Positions 59,483-64,000 of a DNA stretch of 64,000 bases are shown here, piece after piece. The translations under genes and the position numbers were made by a program. Origin of the DNA: the human T2T-CHM13v2.0 reference genome, Homo sapiens; NCBI RefSeq assembly GCF_009914755.1, contig NC_060925.1, one strand, 5' to 3'. How positions within the stretch are numbered: position 1 is the stretch's first letter; every line of letters begins with the position of its first letter. The notes under the pieces were generated by a model. That model was given only the letters and a program-made list of their open reading frames with translations. It had not been told where the DNA came from and did not search any database.

Positions 59483-62400
59483 GGGGCGGGGGCCAAGATG
59501 GTCAACTAGAAGCAGCAGCATCCGGAAGCTGCCATCACAAAGATGCAAATCCCAAACAGCATGCAAATCCTGCACTGGCAACTGAGGTATCCAGGTTCTG
59601 TCATCAGAACTGACTAGGCAGCGGGCATGACCCATGGAGAGGAAGGCAGAGCAGTGTGGTGTGGAGGCCTACCTGACAGCCACACGGGCCAGGGGAGCCC
59701 CCACCCCCAGCCAAGGGAGGCAGTGAGTGAGCATGCTACCCAGCCTGGGAAAACGTGTTTTTTCCACGAAAATCCCACTTGTGAGCCCATGCCATAAGGA
59801 CCTAGGGTCCCAAACACGGAGCTGCACAGATTCTCAACAGCCACTAAGCTAGAATCTGTTTAAGACTGCTGAACTCCTGGGGGAGGGGTGACTGGCACAA
59901 CAGCTGTGGCTGCCTGCTGTCTAAGCCCTTTAAACTCCTTGGGGGAGGGGTGGCAGCTGGCACTCAGACTGATAGCCACCTAACACACTAAGCCCCCATG
60001 GTGGGGGTAGGGCAGCAGCCATCTCTATAGCTCTAGGCTATGCTTTTTCCCTGCTGGAGCCAGTGAGACTGGATGGCTTGATCCCAAGAGGTATCCCCCA
60101 TAGCCTAACACATCAGCTGTGGCAGACTGTTGACGAGTGCCTCTTCAGGCTTGACCTGGACCCATCCCTCCTCGCTGGGGTCTTCCTGCAGGAAGTCTGA
60201 CTACTCCAGCCAGGGGCTCAGGGACAGAACTCTGATCTCCTTAGGCCTGAACCCCTCGTGGGAGGGGTGGCCACAGTCTCTGCACACCAGCAGACATAGT
60301 CTTTCCTCCTACTAGTTTGGAGGAAGCAAGGCAGACCAGACAAGTGGGCTTTCCCCCCAGCAAAGCACACCCCCTCCACCAAGGGACAGCCAAAGTGCTT
60401 TGTTAAGTGGGTCCTGCTCCCCATAAAACCCAGCCAATTGAGACCCTCCAAAAGGGGTCATCAGAAACCCTATACAGGAGTGAGCCCACAGGCATCAGGT
60501 TGGTGCCCCTCGAGATCCCAGAGGAAGGAGCAGGCACCCATCTTTGCTGTTCTCCAGATTCCTCGAGTGACATCTCCAGACATGGGAGCAAATCAGATGA
60601 ATAGGGCCTAAAGTGAGCCCCCAGAAAACTGCAGCAACCCTACAGAAGAGGGACCTGACCATTGCAAGAGAAACAAAGAAACAGAAAGCAACAACAGCAC
60701 CAACAAAAAAAAAAAAGTCCCCACAAAAACCCTATTCAAATGTCAGCAGCCTCAAAGATCAATACTAGACAAACTCATGAAGATGAGAAAAAAATTAACA
60801 AAACAACGCTGAAGGCCCAAAAGGCCAGAGTGCCTCTTCTCCTTCAAATGGTCACAGCACCTCCTCCAGCAAGGACATAGAACTGGACGGAGGATGAGAT
60901 GGACGAATTGACAGAAGTAGGCTTCAGAAGGTGGGTAATAACAAACTCCTCTGAGCTAAAGGAGCACGTTCTAACCCAATGCAAAGAAGCTAAGAACCTA
61001 GATAAAAGGTTAGAGGAGCTGCTAACTAGAATAACCAGTTTACAGAGGAAAATAAATGACCTGATGGAGCTGAAAAACAGCACAAGAACTTTATGAAGCA
61101 TACACAAGTATCAATAGCTGAATCGATGAAGCAGAAGAAACGATATCAGAGTTTGAAGACTATCTTGCTGAAATCAGGCATGCAGACAATATTAGAGAAA
61201 AAAAGAATAAAAAGGAATGAGCAAAACCTCTGAGAAATAGGGGACAGATCAACAAGACAGCAAATTAACAGGATATTGAGGACTTAAACTCAGCTATGGA
61301 TCAAGTGGACCCAATAGACATATACAAAACTCTCCAACCCAAATCAACAGAATGTACATTCTTCTCAGTGCCACATGGCACTGATTCTAAAATAGACCAC
61401 ATAATTGGAGGTAAAACACTCATCAGCAAATTCAAAAGAACTGAAATCATAATACAGTCTCTAAAAACACAGTGCAATCACATTAGAGCTCAGGATTAAG
61501 AAACTCACTCAAAAGCACATAATTACATGGAAATTGAACAACCTGCTCCTGAATGACTCCTGGGTAAATAATGAAATTAAGGCAGAAATCAAGAAGTCTT
61601 TTGAAACCAGTAAGAACAAAGAGACTATGTACCAGAATCTGTGGGACACAGCTACAGCGGTGTTGAGAGGGAAATTTATGGCACTAAATGCCCATGTCAT
61701 AAGGCTAGAAACATCGGCCAGGAGAAGTGGCTGATGCCTGTAATCCCAGCACTTTGGAAGGCTGAGGTGGGTGGATCACGAGATCAAGAGTTCAAGACCA
61801 GCATGGCCAAGATGGTGAAACCCCATCTCTACTAAAAATACAAAAATTAGCCTGCTGTGGTGGCACATGCCTGTAATCCCAGCTACTCGGAAGGCTGAGG
61901 CAGAGAATTGCTTAAACCCAGGAGGCGGAGGTTGCAGTCAGCCGAGATCACACCACTGCACTCCAGTCTGGGCGACAGAACGAGACTCCATCAAAAAAAA
62001 AAAAATGCTAGAAATATCTCAAATCAGCACCCTAACATCACAATTAAAAGAGCTAAAGAAGCAGGAGCAAACAAATTCAAAAGCTAGCAGAAAACAAGAA
62101 ATAACCCAAATCAGAGCAGAACTGAAGGAAGTAAAGACACAAAAAACTCTTCAAAAAATCAACAAATCCAAGAGCTGGTTTGCTGAAAAAATTAACAAAA
62201 TAGATAGACCACTAGCTAGACTAATATAGAAAAAAAGAATGAATTAAATAGACACAATAAAAAATGATAAGGGGGAAATCACCACTGACCCCCCAGCACT
62301 GCAAACTACCATCAGAGAACACTATTAACATCTATACACAAATAAACGGTAAAATCAAGAAGAAATGGGTAAATTCCTGGACGCATACACCCTCCCAAGA

Positions 62401-64000
62401 CAAAGCCAGGAAGAAGTTGGATCCCTGAATAGACGAATAACAAGTTCTGAAATTGTGGCAGTAATTAATAGCCTACTGATAAAAAAAAGCTCAGGACCAG
62501 GATTTCACAGCCAAATTCTACTAGACATACAAAGAGGAGCTGGCATCATTCCTTCTGAAACTATTCCAAACAATTGAAAAGGAGGGACTTCTCCCTAATT
62601 CATTTTATGAGTCCAGCATCATTCTGATTCCAAAACCTGGCAGAGACACAACAGAAAAGAAAACTTCAGGGCAATATCCCTGATGAATATTGATGCGAAA
62701 ATCCTCAACAAAATACTGGCAAAACAAATCCAGCAGCACATTCAAAAACTTATCCACCATGATCAGGTCAGCTTCATCCCCGGGACGCAAGCCTGGTTCA
62801 ACATATACAAATCAACAAATGTAATCCATCACATAAACAGAACCAATGACAAAAACCACATGATTATCTCAATAGATGCCGAAAAGGCCTTCGATAAAAT
62901 TCAACATTCCTTCATGTTAAAAACTCTCAATAAACCTGGTATTGTTGGAACATATTTCAAAATAATAAGAGCTATTTATGACAAACACACAGCCAATATC
63001 ATATTGAATGAGCAAAAGCTGGAAGCATTCCCTTTGAAAACCAGCACAAGACAAGGATGCCCTCTCTCACCACTCCTATGCATCATAGTATTGGAAGTTC
63101 TGTTCAGGGCAATCAGGCAAGGGAAAAAAGTAAATGGTACTCACGTAGGAAGAGAGGAAGTCAAATTGTCTCTGTTTGTGGACATGATTCTATATTTAGA
63201 AAACCCCATCACCTCAGCCCCAAAACTCCTTAAGCTGATAAGCAACTTCACAAAGTCTCGGGATACAAAATCAATGTGCAAAAATCACAAACATTTCCAT
63301 GCACCAACAATAGACAAGCAGAGAGCCAAATCATGAATGAACACTCATTCGCAATTGCTACAAAGAGAATAAAATACCTAGGAATACAGCTAACAAGGGA
63401 TGTCAAGGACCTCTTTAAGGAGAACTACAAACCACTGCTCAAGGAAATCAGAGAGGACACAAACAAATGGAAAAACATTCAATCCTCATGGATAAAAAGA
63501 ATCAATATCATTAAAATGGCCATACTGCCCAAGTAATTTATAGATTCAGTGCTATTCTCATCAAACTACCATTGACATTATTCACAGAATTAGAAAAAAC
63601 TACTTTAAATTCCATATGGAAGCAAAAAAGAGCCCATATAGCCAAGACAATCCTAAGCACAAAGAACAAAGCTGAAGACATCATGGTACCTGACTTCAAA
63701 CTATACTACAAGGCTACAGTATCCAAAACAACATGATACTGGCACCAAAACAGGTATATAGACCAACGAAACAGAACAGAGATCTCAGAAATAACACCAC
63801 ACTTCTACAATCATCTGATCTTCAACAATCCTGCCAAAAGCAAGCAATAGGGAAAAGATTCCCTATTTAATAAATGGTCTGGGAAAACTGGCTAGCCACA
63901 TGCAGAAAACCGAAACTGGACCCCTCCTTACACATTAAACAAAACTTAACATGGCTTAAAGACTTAAATGTAAGACCCCAAACCATACAAACCCTCGAAG
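59483..64000 (+). mobile_element. L1PA with intact 5' end, internally deleted, running off the window
   Basis: ggggcgggggccaagatgg start; ORF1 (DELTEVGFRRWVITN); ORF2 RT ([33 protein letters not shown]) with frameshifts. Confidence 0.95.
61716..62005 (+). mobile_element. Alu (AluS-like) inserted in L1 ORF2
   Basis: Alu dimer; TSD aaggctagaaacatc / aatgctagaaatatc. Confidence 0.93.

Noticed and set aside
62683-63336. 217-aa reverse-transcriptase-like ORF (also 42981..43586, 201 aa)
   Set aside because: These are fragments of frameshifted, internally deleted L1 ORF2, not a new RT system or an active element.

Overview
Primate (probably human) genomic DNA, AT-rich and dense in interspersed repeats. 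The only gene I can support is the middle of a + strand multi-exon gene. Fourteen internal coding exons (803-58680), all with AG/GT boundaries and matching phases, splice into 612 uninterrupted codons of a Leu-rich HEAT-repeat-like protein that I recognise from memory as MROH9 (C1orf129). Its start and its last exons lie outside the window. The exon at 40503 can also read through its donor to a stop at 40749, giving a short isoform. The introns hold Alus, L1s of several ages (often nested and internally deleted), MIR/L2 remnants and DNA transposon fossils (Ricksha/MULE, Tigger1, MER45, MER1B, MER5). I found no evidence of a wholly new biological system. The best leads are a compact triple nuclear-receptor element (12998-13018), a 58-bp direct repeat bracketing one exon, a candidate CTCF site, the read-through isoform, inverted Alu pairs around exons, possible vestigial exons and a microsatellite born inside an Alu target-site duplication (TSD). 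Repeat subfamily names come from recalled consensus sequences and repeat boundaries are approximate.
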